Assembly (NCBI GenBank): GCA_002269645.1 | Contig: NIVC01003280.1 | Span: forward strand, 1-64,000 | DNA: 64,000 nt | Reading direction: 5' to 3' | Source: Macrostomum lignano | Lineage: Eukaryota | Program-made: the position numbers and the translations under genes | Notes under the pieces: model-generated | Seen by the model: the letters and a program-made list of their open reading frames with translations, nothing else | What the model was told of the DNA's origin: nothing | The model's database searches: none | Part shown: piece after piece, positions 14,906 to 25,700 of the stretch | How the letters are laid out: each line of letters begins with the position of its first letter | How positions within the stretch are numbered: the stretch's first letter is position 1

Positions 14906-17900
14906 CACGGTTAGGCTGGGCACTGATATTGAGGAAAAAATTGCCACAAGACGGCACCTATGTGCCATCAAACTACTGCCTTTCTGCAGTTCGGAAAGCC
15001 CACTCATCAAAATTCATGTGCCTATCTTTGCTGTGTATGGCACTATATGTTTCGGTACACTTTAAAACAAAATATTTTATTGCTCTAATAGAATTTTTGC
15101 TAATCAGATGATAATTATGAATAGACCACAAAGGACTTTGGGAGTAAATATTGCCCCATATCTGCTTGAGCAATAAAACGCTGCACCACAGGTAGCTTAT
15201 GCCTTATAATTGCAGTCATAAAGAGGAATTTATCAATAGTAATAACACAGTAGTATCTTATCTATAATTGCTTTGTAATATTTCTGCCAGGTGCGTTAAC
15301 TTGGTTATCATACTGCTCAATTTACTTATAAAGGTTTGATCTAGTTCTATTTGATCTAAAACAAGCGAGTGCCTGAACTGAAAGAGCTGTTTGCATAGCT
15401 TGTACTGTCTACAATGCCAACGACAAAAAAAACTCATAACGAGAACAGGCAAAGTTTGTGCCTGCTCTGCTTGAGACGAGCTTCTGCGCTGATTTCTTCT
15501 TGCTCTAATTTCGAATCCGTGGCAGCCGACTTGTTCCAGGACTACGAGGCAGTGCGGCACTTTCTACCTGAAGGAGTTTGCCAGGGCTGCAGGCGCGTTT
15601 TATCGTCACTAAGAAGTCTGACGCCTCGTGCTCTGCCACCGCGACCAGATTACGAGAAGATAATAGCCGACATGAAGAGTCTGCCTCCAGCCACCAGAAG
15701 CAGACCGGATTGCAACTGCCAACTGTGCGAAATGGCTCGTGGCAATCACCACAAAGGCAGCGATCCAAAGACGCCTTACACAACAGGTCCTGCTCGAGCC
15801 CCACCTGGTCGACCACGCGAAAGATCCCCAGCACCAGCTGAAGGAGCAACGGCTGTGCTTTCCTGCTCATACTGTCATTCTCCAGTTGGGCGTGGCAAAC
15901 AGCACAAATGCAACTCGACAGCTAAGGTGACTAACATCGAGCAAACAGTCAGCCCAAGGACAAGGGAGATGCTGGCCAGCAACTGCATTGCCGAAAAGAC
16001 GGGTGGGTCGACGGCGGATTCGAATTCGATCACTCTGGCCAGACATCGAGGCGGCCATCCGATTCGAGTTGCTGTGCATGTTGCTCAAAACAGCAGTGCG
16101 AGCTTTCCTCCAACGAGGACGGACACTATGATGCACTTGAAAACAACTCTGAATCTGAGCAACAATCAAGTGCTACAGGCTGCTCAAGTGCTTCGTGCTG
16201 GCGCGAGCTCATCTCGTGCAGTCGAGTCAAACTTGAAGAAAATTTTGGTACAGCAAAATCGAGCATTAGAGGATTACTTCGACATCCAGAATCTCCAGTT
16301 CTCGGAGCTGACCTCGACTGCCGCAACAGCCGACACTATTTGCCGCCCGACTGTTGTCTGCAACGACTCGGTCAAACTCATTGCACATGTTGCTCAGCAA
16401 CGCAGTTTCAATGATTTTCACTGTCTGCTGGGTCTCGATGGTGGCGGCGGATTTTTTAAAGTTTGCGTTTCGATAATTGGCTCTAACGCAAAACCCGAAA
16501 TCGGAACTCGAGGAGCCAACAGCAGGAAATTCTGTGACACGGGTGTCAAGAAGATCCTGTTGCTTGCGATCGTCAACGACGTTCCTGAGACTTACGGAAA
16601 TATTCAGGCTCTGCTAGAGGCGATCGCTGTCAACGAACTTCAAATCCCAGTCACTGCAGATATGAAAGTTGCAAACATCATCTGCGGACTGCAACCTCAT
16701 TCCTGTACACATCCGTGCCCCTATTGCGAAGCTCTGGCTCCTCTTACAGAAAATGGTGTGCCAAGAACTCTTGGGAGAATTCGGCAGTTTGCTCAGCAGT
16801 TTCAAGCAGCTGGCCAAGTTCGTGCAAAGGCAAAGAACTTTAAAAACTGTGTCAACATGCCACTGCTACCAGGCGATGATGACAAAGAAGTTTTGATGCT
16901 TCTGCCGCCACCTGAGCTGCACCTGCTCCTTGGAGTCAGCAACCGACTGCTGGACAAGCTCAACGAAGCTTGGGGTGCGAATCGCGCGTTCGAGTGGGCT
17001 CATCAGCATGGCATTATTCGAGCTGATTACAGAGGTGGCATGATGGAAGGAAACGCCTGCCGCCAGCTGCTCCGCAAATCACCGCAGCTTCACGCTGATC
17101 TGCCTCCACCATTACAGCCGTACGGGGCGTGTCTGATGGCGTTCGATCGGCTGGTCAGCAGCGCCTTTGGAACCGAATTGGCGGCAGACTTTGAAGAGGC
17201 AATTGAGAATTTTCGACTGGCCTACATGAGCTTAAGCTTACCTGTCACCCCAAAAGTTCACGTTGTCTTTTGCCATGTTGGAGAGTTCTGCCGGCGGACA
17301 GGGCAAGCGCTTGGCAGCTGCAGCGAGCAAGCAGTGGAGAGTGTTCACTCTGATTTTGCCAAAACGTGGTCACGGTACAGCCTGCCAGCGCACCATGCTG
17401 AGTTTGGCCAAAATCTTTTGCGCGCCGTGGTTGCTTACAACAGCCACCACATTTAATCCCGGTAACTCGGTTTTCTGCTTTACTGGTAAAAGAAATGGCA
17501 GTGGTTGTTAGTCTTACAGTAAAGTAGTATTCAAAGGACCCTATAAATTTAAAATACTAAAATTTTTGCAAGCTCCCGTACTGTAGAAAGCTTTCATACT
17601 TTTGCTACTTTATATGCTAATACGAGCGTACCTTGCAATATTATTGCAGAAATGCATGTAGTTCTGGTTAATATTTGAGGAACTTGCTACACAAAAAGAA
17701 TATAGTTATTTCGAAATTTTTCTATAAAACCCATGCTGTTTCTGAGTATTTAAATGTAAACAATTTGTAATGTTAGAAATCGTAAAATTATTTAACTTAC
17801 TAACTTACAAGCTAGTTAACAAGTAAAACAAGCAATAATACTACACAAACATTAACCTAAATAAACTTCTTGTAATCTTGTACTCTTTTTTGTACAAGTA

Positions 17901-18111
17901 TACATTAAGTCTGTCACTTGCTAAAAATTTCTGCTTGTCTTATTAACGAGAGCAATTAATGAGAGCAATTGTACACAGATTGTACACAAAGATAGGCACA
18001 TGAATTTTAATGAGTGGGCTTTCCGAACTACAGAAAGGCAGTAGTTTAATGGTACACAGGTGCCATCTTGTGGCAATTTCCTCCCCAATATCAGTGCCCA
18101 GCCTAACCGTG
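14906..18111 (+). mobile_element. Full-length Chapaev-type (CMC superfamily) DNA transposon, 3206 bp
   Basis: 125-bp imperfect TIRs (14906-15030 and 17987-18111) starting CACGGTTAGG and ending CCTAACCGTG; 4-bp TSD TGCC at 14902-14905 and 18112-18115; one long ORF. Confidence 0.88.
15414..17456 (+). CDS. Intact 680-aa DDE transposase with an N-terminal Chapa/RAG1-like zinc finger
   Basis: H-x7-C-x2-C-x32-P-x3-C-x2-C finger, then CNCQLC; core motifs GLDGGGGFFKV, VTADMKVANIICGL...CPYC, PELHLLLG, MEGNACRQLL, TPKVHVVFCH, SEQAVESVH. Confidence 0.9.
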   Translation: MPTTKKTHNENRQSLCLLCLRRASALISSCSNFESVAADLFQDYEAVRHFLPEGVCQGCRRVLSSLRSLTPRALPPRPDYEKIIADMKSLPPATRSRPDCNCQLCEMARGNHHKGSDPKTPYTTGPARAPPGRPRERSPAPAEGATAVLSCSYCHSPVGRGKQHKCNSTAKVTNIEQTVSPRTREMLASNCIAEKTGGSTADSNSITLARHRGGHPIRVAVHVAQNSSASFPPTRTDTMMHLKTTLNLSNNQVLQAAQVLRAGASSSRAVESNLKKILVQQNRALEDYFDIQNLQFSELTSTAATADTICRPTVVCNDSVKLIAHVAQQRSFNDFHCLLGLDGGGGFFKVCVSIIGSNAKPEIGTRGANSRKFCDTGVKKILLLAIVNDVPETYGNIQALLEAIAVNELQIPVTADMKVANIICGLQPHSCTHPCPYCEALAPLTENGVPRTLGRIRQFAQQFQAAGQVRAKAKNFKNCVNMPLLPGDDDKEVLMLLPPPELHLLLGVSNRLLDKLNEAWGANRAFEWAHQHGIIRADYRGGMMEGNACRQLLRKSPQLHADLPPPLQPYGACLMAFDRLVSSAFGTELAADFEEAIENFRLAYMSLSLPVTPKVHVVFCHVGEFCRRTGQALGSCSEQAVESVHSDFAKTWSRYSLPAHHAEFGQNLLRAVVAYNSHHI

Positions 18112-18884
18112 TGCCGCTGATGCCTGTGTGGTGGCGTGGAGGCAGTGCACAAAGATTTATCTAAAAATATGGCTTCAGATATTGAAAGATATTGATGCAG
18201 ATACAGTTATGATTTCCCAAATCTAGTTTGAACTTTTAAAATTAGCATGGTCTATTCAAAAAGATGACCCTATAGAAATTTTATGACAGTATTTGTCTGC
18301 TGGATCGACTCACATTAAAATTTACAATCCTTTATTTACACACAGGTTTTTATGATTGCTGGTCTATAATCTAAGTATAAAATATAATTTCAGTAGTACA
18401 TGGGAGAAACTATTAATCTTTATAGATAATTTATCCACCTGACCAAAAATATTTGTCCTTTCAAAAACAATAAGTGTGCCAGTTGTGCCACAAGTATGCC
18501 CTTTGACAGAGTTATAACTATCTTTGTATGTGATATTTGGCACACTTTGCACAATTGTACCAGTTGTGCCATAGCTATGCCATTTGGCACAGTTGTAAAT
18601 GTCTTTGTCTGTCCTTTTTGGTATACTTGGCACAAATAATTTTATTATTGCTAATTACACAACGAAACCAACTGGCACACTTGGCATACTTGCTAAAATT
18701 GTACTAGTGGTGCCACAGCTATGCCGTTTGGCACAGTTATAAGTCTTTGTATATCTTTATTGTCAAAGTTAATAGCAGGGGATTCTCACATAGGAGTGAG
18801 ATATTATACATGAAAAAATGAATCTATTAGAACATCATAACTCTTTAAAGTAATCGTAAGACTATATTACTAGTTCTTTTTTAT

Positions 18885-19100
18885 TGACAAAATGTCTTTT
18901 GTAAAAGATTTCTCAGATCTAGGAAATGTATTGTGAAAATGGTATGTCTTTTGTAAAAGATTTCTTAGATCCAGGAAATGTATTATGAAAATGGTATGTC
19001 TTTTGTAAAAGATTTCTCAGATCCAGGAAATGTATTGTGAAGATAGTATGTCTTTTGTAAAAGATTTCTCAGATCCAGGAAATGTGTTGTGAAAATTGTA
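18885..19100. repeat. About 4 tandem copies of a ~55-bp unit (ATGTCTTTTGTAAAAGATTTCTCAGATCCAGGAAATGTATTGTGAAAATGGT)
   Basis: Direct inspection. Confidence 0.8.
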
Positions 19101-20616
19101 TGTCATATATTATGTTACAGGTAGGTGTTTGTCATATTGTATGTATATTTCTAAGAAGTATGGCCCCTTTTAAAATGTTTGTTTTGCATATAATATATGT
19201 AATATAAAATAGTATAAGGTTTAGGTTTAGTTGATGATAGCTGAATATCTGAATGTATGTATAGAGAGCTTGTTCCTGTGTAAATGCAATATATGTTCAT
19301 ATCTAATACAAAATAGGTTTATGCTTATCATCTCTATGTTCAGTTGATAAATTTTAATGACAAATGGATAAATATTATTTTATTATAAATATACAATTGT
19401 ATACAATAGTTTATTTTTGAAAATTTTAAGTCTTATTGAGTTGTTTATTAATTTGCATTTTGTTGAATAGCTAATTATGATATTATATTAGAATGTTAGC
19501 ATATTCAGACATATTAGGCCTAAGACTCCTAAGTTACAAAGTATAAATGGCAGAATGCTAATCTTTCTAATATATCAATATATACTAATAGTATATGAGG
19601 GCATCTTCATATTATTAGGGCATCTTTTGTCCTCATTTTAAATTCATTATTAATAGAAAATGTACAAAACTTACACTTGGTGAGTCATGAAACTCCATGA
19701 CAAATTGTTTATTGTCTGTAGCCATCTTTACCTTTTTGACAGACAAGATAGGCCTACCTTTAAATGTTAGACCTACTAGTAAATGTCAAATATGTGTGCA
19801 CTACTACTATGTCTTCTTTTCTTATGCCTTAAGCTTAACACTTATCTTCAGGGCAATGCTATTATTTAGCGAGTAGGTACTAGACAAAATTTTAACTGTA
19901 TATAATATGAATGCGACAATAATCAGCTGGCTGCTAGCTGTTACGATTTACAAACACCAAGTAAGGCCCTACCAACAATATATACTTGCCTAGTTCTTCA
20001 CAATCTCAAATATCATCTACTATGTCTTCTGAATTAAAATATACCAGAAGTCCAGAATAGAATTCTACCTGACAATTATGATGAGCAGCGGCGGCGGGGG
20101 CCGATTCAACGAACTCGTAATATAAAGTTTGAATTTGAACCAGATTTTTTAGAAAAATATAGTATTTTAAACAAATAGCTACTAGCGAACTTTTTAAAAT
20201 GAACAAATATGTTTTGTTGAATTTTTGATGTACAATTTTTCTCTTTACTTTGCATACTTTTTCTACGTGGTTTTAACATTTGGGTTTCAACGGCGCGACA
20301 TTATATGATTCGATTATTCAATTATGCCAATGGCATAATAAATGGAATAATACTCCTTTAGAAAAAGTCAGAACTTGTTAATGTCTAAAATACAACGCTC
20401 TATAAAAACAGCAGAGCAATGAGATAGTTAGAGCAATATGTGCAACCCTAAAAATATGCCCCTAAAAAGTGTCAGGAATTAGTGTCAGCGCATCACCGAG
20501 CAATTAGCAAGAGGACGAAGATCAATCCCAGTAGCAGTGCCCAGTGCCTCGGCGTCACAAAGCAGACCAGTCCAACGTGTCCGCTCCCCCCTTCCGTCTG
20601 AGCGGATCTACCGTCT

Positions 20617-21880
20617 GAGGGTTGTCTGGCGAAATATAGGACTAATGTGCTCATAATTGCTCATTTCTATTCATGTATATCATGACAATTCATACTGTAC
20701 TAGAAAGTGCAACTAATTAGTCTATGACTAAAGCCTCTGCTTAAAAACTAAAGGTCATATTCTACCCCTAATGAAACTTCTTGATCTGAGAAAATGGTTC
20801 AACAGCGAGATGTCGCGTTATCGTCATCTTTATCTTAAAAACTAAGTCGTTATCGATTGCTACAAAGCTGGAAAGTCTGCGATAGAGTGTCTTCGCCACC
20901 TGCAGGCAATCTACCAGGATGATGCCTTGTCTAGAAGCTAGGTCTATTACATCTATGACCAACTGCGCTCTGGCCACGACGGTTCGGTTCTGATGGACGT
21001 GGAAAGAACAAGGACCCGACTGTCAGGACCCCAGCAAAAATTGAGATTGTTGCTCGTCTGATTGAGGACAGGCGCCTCACTGTTAGGGAGCTCTCAGATA
21101 AATCTGGGATTCCCAAGACAACTATTCATGAGATTCTTGTCCATGACCTGCAGTCAAGCATGTGTCTGCCAGGTGGGTGCCTTACCTGCTCACGGAAGAA
21201 AACCGCAGGGAGTGCACACACTGTGCTCAGGACTTCTTTTGCATGAGCCGGGCTTTCAGCAGCAAATAATAACTGCTGATGAAACATGGCTTTACTACGT
21301 GACTCCGGAAACCAAGAACCAATCTAAGCAGTGGGTGCCAATGGTTGCCAATGCCCCGACAAAGGCCCGGGTGTCCCGCAGTGCCGTGACTCGCAGGGCC
21401 TTGCCTACACGTAGAGCAGGGCCAGACAGTCAACGCATACTTGACACTCTGAGGGACCACATTCGACGCAAGCGGCCAGAATGGATGGCAAGAACCAGGT
21501 TCACTGTTCTGCATGACAATGCCCGTCCACACACGTGTCAGCCCACACCAGGGAGTTTCTTACCAGGAGAGGCATTCCGGTGGTGCCGCATCCAACCTAC
21601 TCACCTGATTTGGCCCCTGGCTGCGGACTTCTGGCTATTTCCGCATGTCAAAAACTGCATTGCCGGTTGCCGGTTCGACACCTTGCTGGAGCTTTTGACA
21701 CCAACCCCATGGCTGCTTCCCAGTGCACTGAGGCCTTCAACAAGTGGCTGTTAGGGATGGCAGCGGTGCATTGAGAAGGATGGAGATTATGTTGAAAAAT
21801 GACAGTTATTGTTTCGTTTCAATTGTTTGTTTAAAATCGTATATGGCACCTGCTGTCCTATATTTCGCCGGACAACCCTC
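20617..21880 (+). mobile_element. Decayed mariner (DD34D-type) element with a frameshifted transposase pseudogene
   Basis: 26-bp TIRs at 20617-20642 and 21855-21880 (1 mismatch); fragments CYKAGKSAIECLRHLQAIYQDDALSR, DRRLTVREL, ITADETWLYYVTPETKNQSKQW, VLHDNARPH, HPTYSPDLAP, RCIEKDGDYVEK; no intact TA TSD. Confidence 0.9.
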
Positions 21881-22796
21881 TCCTGGTATTACAACATGAT
21901 CGAGAGTAAGCAGGAAGTCCTGTACGACTTTGGGCCAGGGGCAGAAGCGATCTCGGCCCGAATACGCGGTCCCCAATTCCATCGCCGGCGCAGTCTCTCG
22001 ATCGATCAGCCGATCCCGACGCTATCCCCGCAAATTTCTACATTAAAGATCTACAATTTCTACACGAACATGTGGAGCATGTACATCTGCAGCGGGCTGC
22101 AGCGCTGCAGCCAGGTATTCCGCGTCCGACCGTCTCGACCTGCCACAGCCGGGCAGCGGTAACGTACATGTACAACGTTACATGTACATACAACATACGC
22201 CGTACTGCTAGGCTGCATTGTACATGTACATAAATTAACATGTACATTTTGGGAATGTTTCTGAGGAGAAGGACATGTATATGCCCCCCCCCCTCGCCAC
22301 CCGAAAAATTACAATATTTTTATATTGTACTTGAAGTAAATGTAGTTTCTACATGCATATTTTGACTAATATCGAATATTCGGTTCGATTTTAGAATATG
22401 TGCAGTATTAACTACCCAATTTCGGTGAAATATACGCTCGCAGAATAGAAACTTAGGTATCGTGAACATATCGTCCTAACTTCTAATGCATTACTAAAAG
22501 TAGCAAATTTAGCGAATAATTACAATCAGATGAAGTCGCAACTCGTACTTACGCACTTTTTTTAACACAAAAAGGCATTGGCTGACCAATTGCTATTTGG
22601 CAAGCATAGTACGCAGATTGGGTATCAAAGTATGAAAATGTTGTATCTAAATAAAATTCAGACAAGAACGGTACGATTGTGCCGCAGTCTTCCGTAGTGT
22701 CCACACAGTTTTGCTGCTGGGCAAGTCTCTCTGCGAGTGCGTTTTGATCTTCGCTGTGCTATAGAAGAGTGAAGAAGGTCTGCTGCTGCACCGAAT

Positions 22797-25700
22797 ATGC
22801 CGTTGGTATTACGTGTTGTTATGCCACTGTTGCTGTGTGCATTGTGCTCCGACTGCCTGCCGGCTAGCAACAGCATGTACAGCCATCAGTCTGCGGACTG
22901 TGCCAGTGCCGACTTGGTGAGATGCTCGACATATTTTATCTATATTTGCGCGTATAAAACTATTCATGAAATTGGAAAAAATGATCAGCTGGTTCTACCA
23001 TAGATCCATAGATATCACTGGTTACATACATGTAGTGTTTGAGGTTAAAGAGGTTAAAGCAATATGTTGGAAGATACACTCCTCACTCCGTCACTCCCTC
23101 ACTCCGTCACTGCCGCACTCCGTCACTGCCTCACTCCGTCACTGCCTCACTCCGTCACTGCCTCACTCCGTCACTGCCTCACTCCGTCCCTGCCTCACTC
23201 CGTCACTCCCTCACTCCGTCACTGCCTCACTCCGTCACTGCCTCACTCCGTCCCTGCCTCACTCCGTCACTCCCTCACTCCGTCACTGCCGCACTCCGTC
23301 ACTGCCTCACTCCGTCACTGCCTCACTCCGTCACTGCCTCACTCCCTCACTCCGTCACTGCCTCACTCCGTCACTCCCTCACTCCGTCACTGCCGCACTC
23401 CGTCACTGCCTCACTCCGTCACTGCCTCATTCCCTCTCTCCGTCACTCCGTCCCTCAGTCATTCCGTCACTCCCCCAACCCGTCACTTCCTCACCCTGTC
23501 ACTCAGTCACTCCTTCATTCCCGCAAACTGTCACTGCCGAATATTGCTATAGCAAGACACAATCCCGAATGCAACTGCCCTGAGGCCTCGCATTGGTACT
23601 AAAAAAATATCCCAGAGCCGATTCTGGACTTCTCTGTTGGCGTACGAGGCTTAATTTTAATTGTCGTTACGCTAAAAACTTCGAAAATTACAGTTATTAA
23701 TTTAGCCTATCTTGATCTTTTTCTTTCGCTATATAAATTAGTTCGCTTCAATATACGCTCGCAGCAGTACAGTAGTCCTAGATGGTAGAAGCTTCATGCA
23801 GCTGTCATTCAATCATCGTCATTATAGTGCAGCAACATGTCATGGTCGCTAAAAAGTTTATCTACAGTAGTTGACTACAAAATTTCGTTAGCAGAAAACA
23901 GCTCGCGATTCAACTTAGTGGCTAAGCACTAAACACTGGGGGAGGGGGGTTCGGTCTTGTGTTTCCCACGTTCGGGCGAGCTGTGCCTGACAAAGAAGGC
24001 ATTATTTTATTCGGTGCAACAAACAAATGCATGTAAATGAAGACAAGGAACTGAGGAGGATATTTGGCGTCAGCCTGTCCCGCCGCCTCTCATCCCAGCA
24101 AAGATCCCAAGCAGAGATAGATTTCCCAATTGTCCCCACTCGCAACCAAGGGCTCCGGTTTTGTAGCTTCATGGACTGCTAATAAGGTACAATATGGATC
24201 GGAGGTCACTAGAGCAATTTTTGGGAACCATTCACAATGTATGAGTATTGAGTAAGTAAATAGGCAATGAATGGGATACTTTACAGCATTATAAATTATG
24301 TTTAGTAAGTAACTACTTTCACAACCCATGGACAAATAGAAGCTTAAAAATGCAGAAATTTCTCAGATTAAATAGTAGATTGTGTCTGTGGTTTTGGAGG
24401 CAGACAATGGTAGATTGTGTCGATGGTTTTGGAGGCAGACAATGGTAGATTGTGTCTATGGTTTTGGAGACAGACAATGGTAGATTGTGTCTATGGTTTT
24501 GGAGACAGACAATGGTAGATTGTGTCGATGGTTTTGGAGACAGACAATGGTAGATTGTGTCTATGGTTTTGGAGACAGACAATGGTAGATTGTGTCGATG
24601 GTTTTGGAGGCAGACAATGGTAGATTGTGTCTATGGTTTTGGAGACAGACAATGGTAGATTGTGTCTATGGTTTTGGAGACAGACAATGGTAGATTGTGT
24701 CTATGGTTTTGGAGACAGACAATGGTAGATTGTGTCTATGGTTTTGAGGCAGACAATGGTAGATTGTGTCTATGGTTTTGAGGCAGGCAATGGTAGATTG
24801 TGTCTATGGTTTTTGAGGCAGACAATGGTAGATTGTGTCTATGGTTTTGGAGACAGATAATGGTAGATTGTGTCTATGGTTTTGGAGACAGACAATGGTA
24901 GATTGTGTCTATGGTTTTGGAGGCAGACAATGGTAGATTGTGTCTATGGTTTTGGAGACAGACAATGGTAGATTGTGTCTATGGTTTTGAGGCAGGCAAT
25001 GGTAGATTGTGTCTATGGTTTTTGAGGCAGACAATGGTAGATTGTGTCTATGGTTTTGGAGACAGACAATGGTAGATTGTGTCTATGGTTTTGAGGCAGA
25101 CAATGGTAGATTGTGTCTATGGTTTTGGAGGCAGACAATGGTAGATTGTGTCTATGGTTTTTGAGGCAGACAATGGTAGATTGTGTCTATGGTTTTGGAG
25201 ACAGATAATGGTAGATTGTGTCTATGGTTTTGAGGCAGACAATGGTAGATTGTGTCTATGGTTTTGGAGGCAGACAATGGTAGATTGTGTCTATGGTTTT
25301 GGAGACAGACAATGGTAGATTGTGTCTATGGTTTTGAGGCAGACAATGGTATATTGTGTCTATGGTTTTGAGGCAGACAATGGTAGATTGTGTCTATGGT
25401 TTTGGAGGCAGACAATGGTAGATTGTGTCTATGGTTTTGGAGTCAGGCAATGGTAGATTGTGTCTATGGTTTTTGAGTCAGACAATGGTAGATTGTGTCT
25501 ATGGTTTTGGAGTCAGACAATGGTAGATTGTGTCTATGGTTTTGGAGTCAGACAATGGTAGATTGTGTCTATGGTTTTGGAGACAGACAATGGTAGATTG
25601 TGTCTATGGTTTTGGAGTCAGACAATGGTAGATTGTGTCTATGGTTTTGGAGACAGACAATGGTAGATTGTGTCTATGGTTTTGAGGCAGACAATGGTAG

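Noticed and set aside
14906-18111. ProtoRAG/RAG-like transposon with RSS-type ends (CACGGTT plus an A-rich stretch ~22 nt away)
   Set aside because: The TSD is 4 bp rather than 5 bp, there is no RAG2-like ORF, and there is no 12/23-type asymmetry; a Chapaev-type element fits better
14906-18111. Transposon spliced out as an intron to restore full-length YIPF6 (donor-like CG|GTTAGG at one end, acceptor-like CAG near the other)
   Set aside because: One acceptor leaves 25 extra nt (frameshift); the other leaves 18 nt that include an in-frame TAA from the TIR
20006-20206. Possible first exon of YIPF6 (donor-like CAG|GTAGAA near 20070)
   Set aside because: No recognisable YIPF6 similarity or convincing start codon; cannot be supported without transcripts
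20490-20610. Minus-strand reading ...RHWALLLGLIFVLLLIAR* that looks like a tail-anchor exon next to the mariner
   Set aside because: No homology recognised and no supporting upstream exons; too short to call
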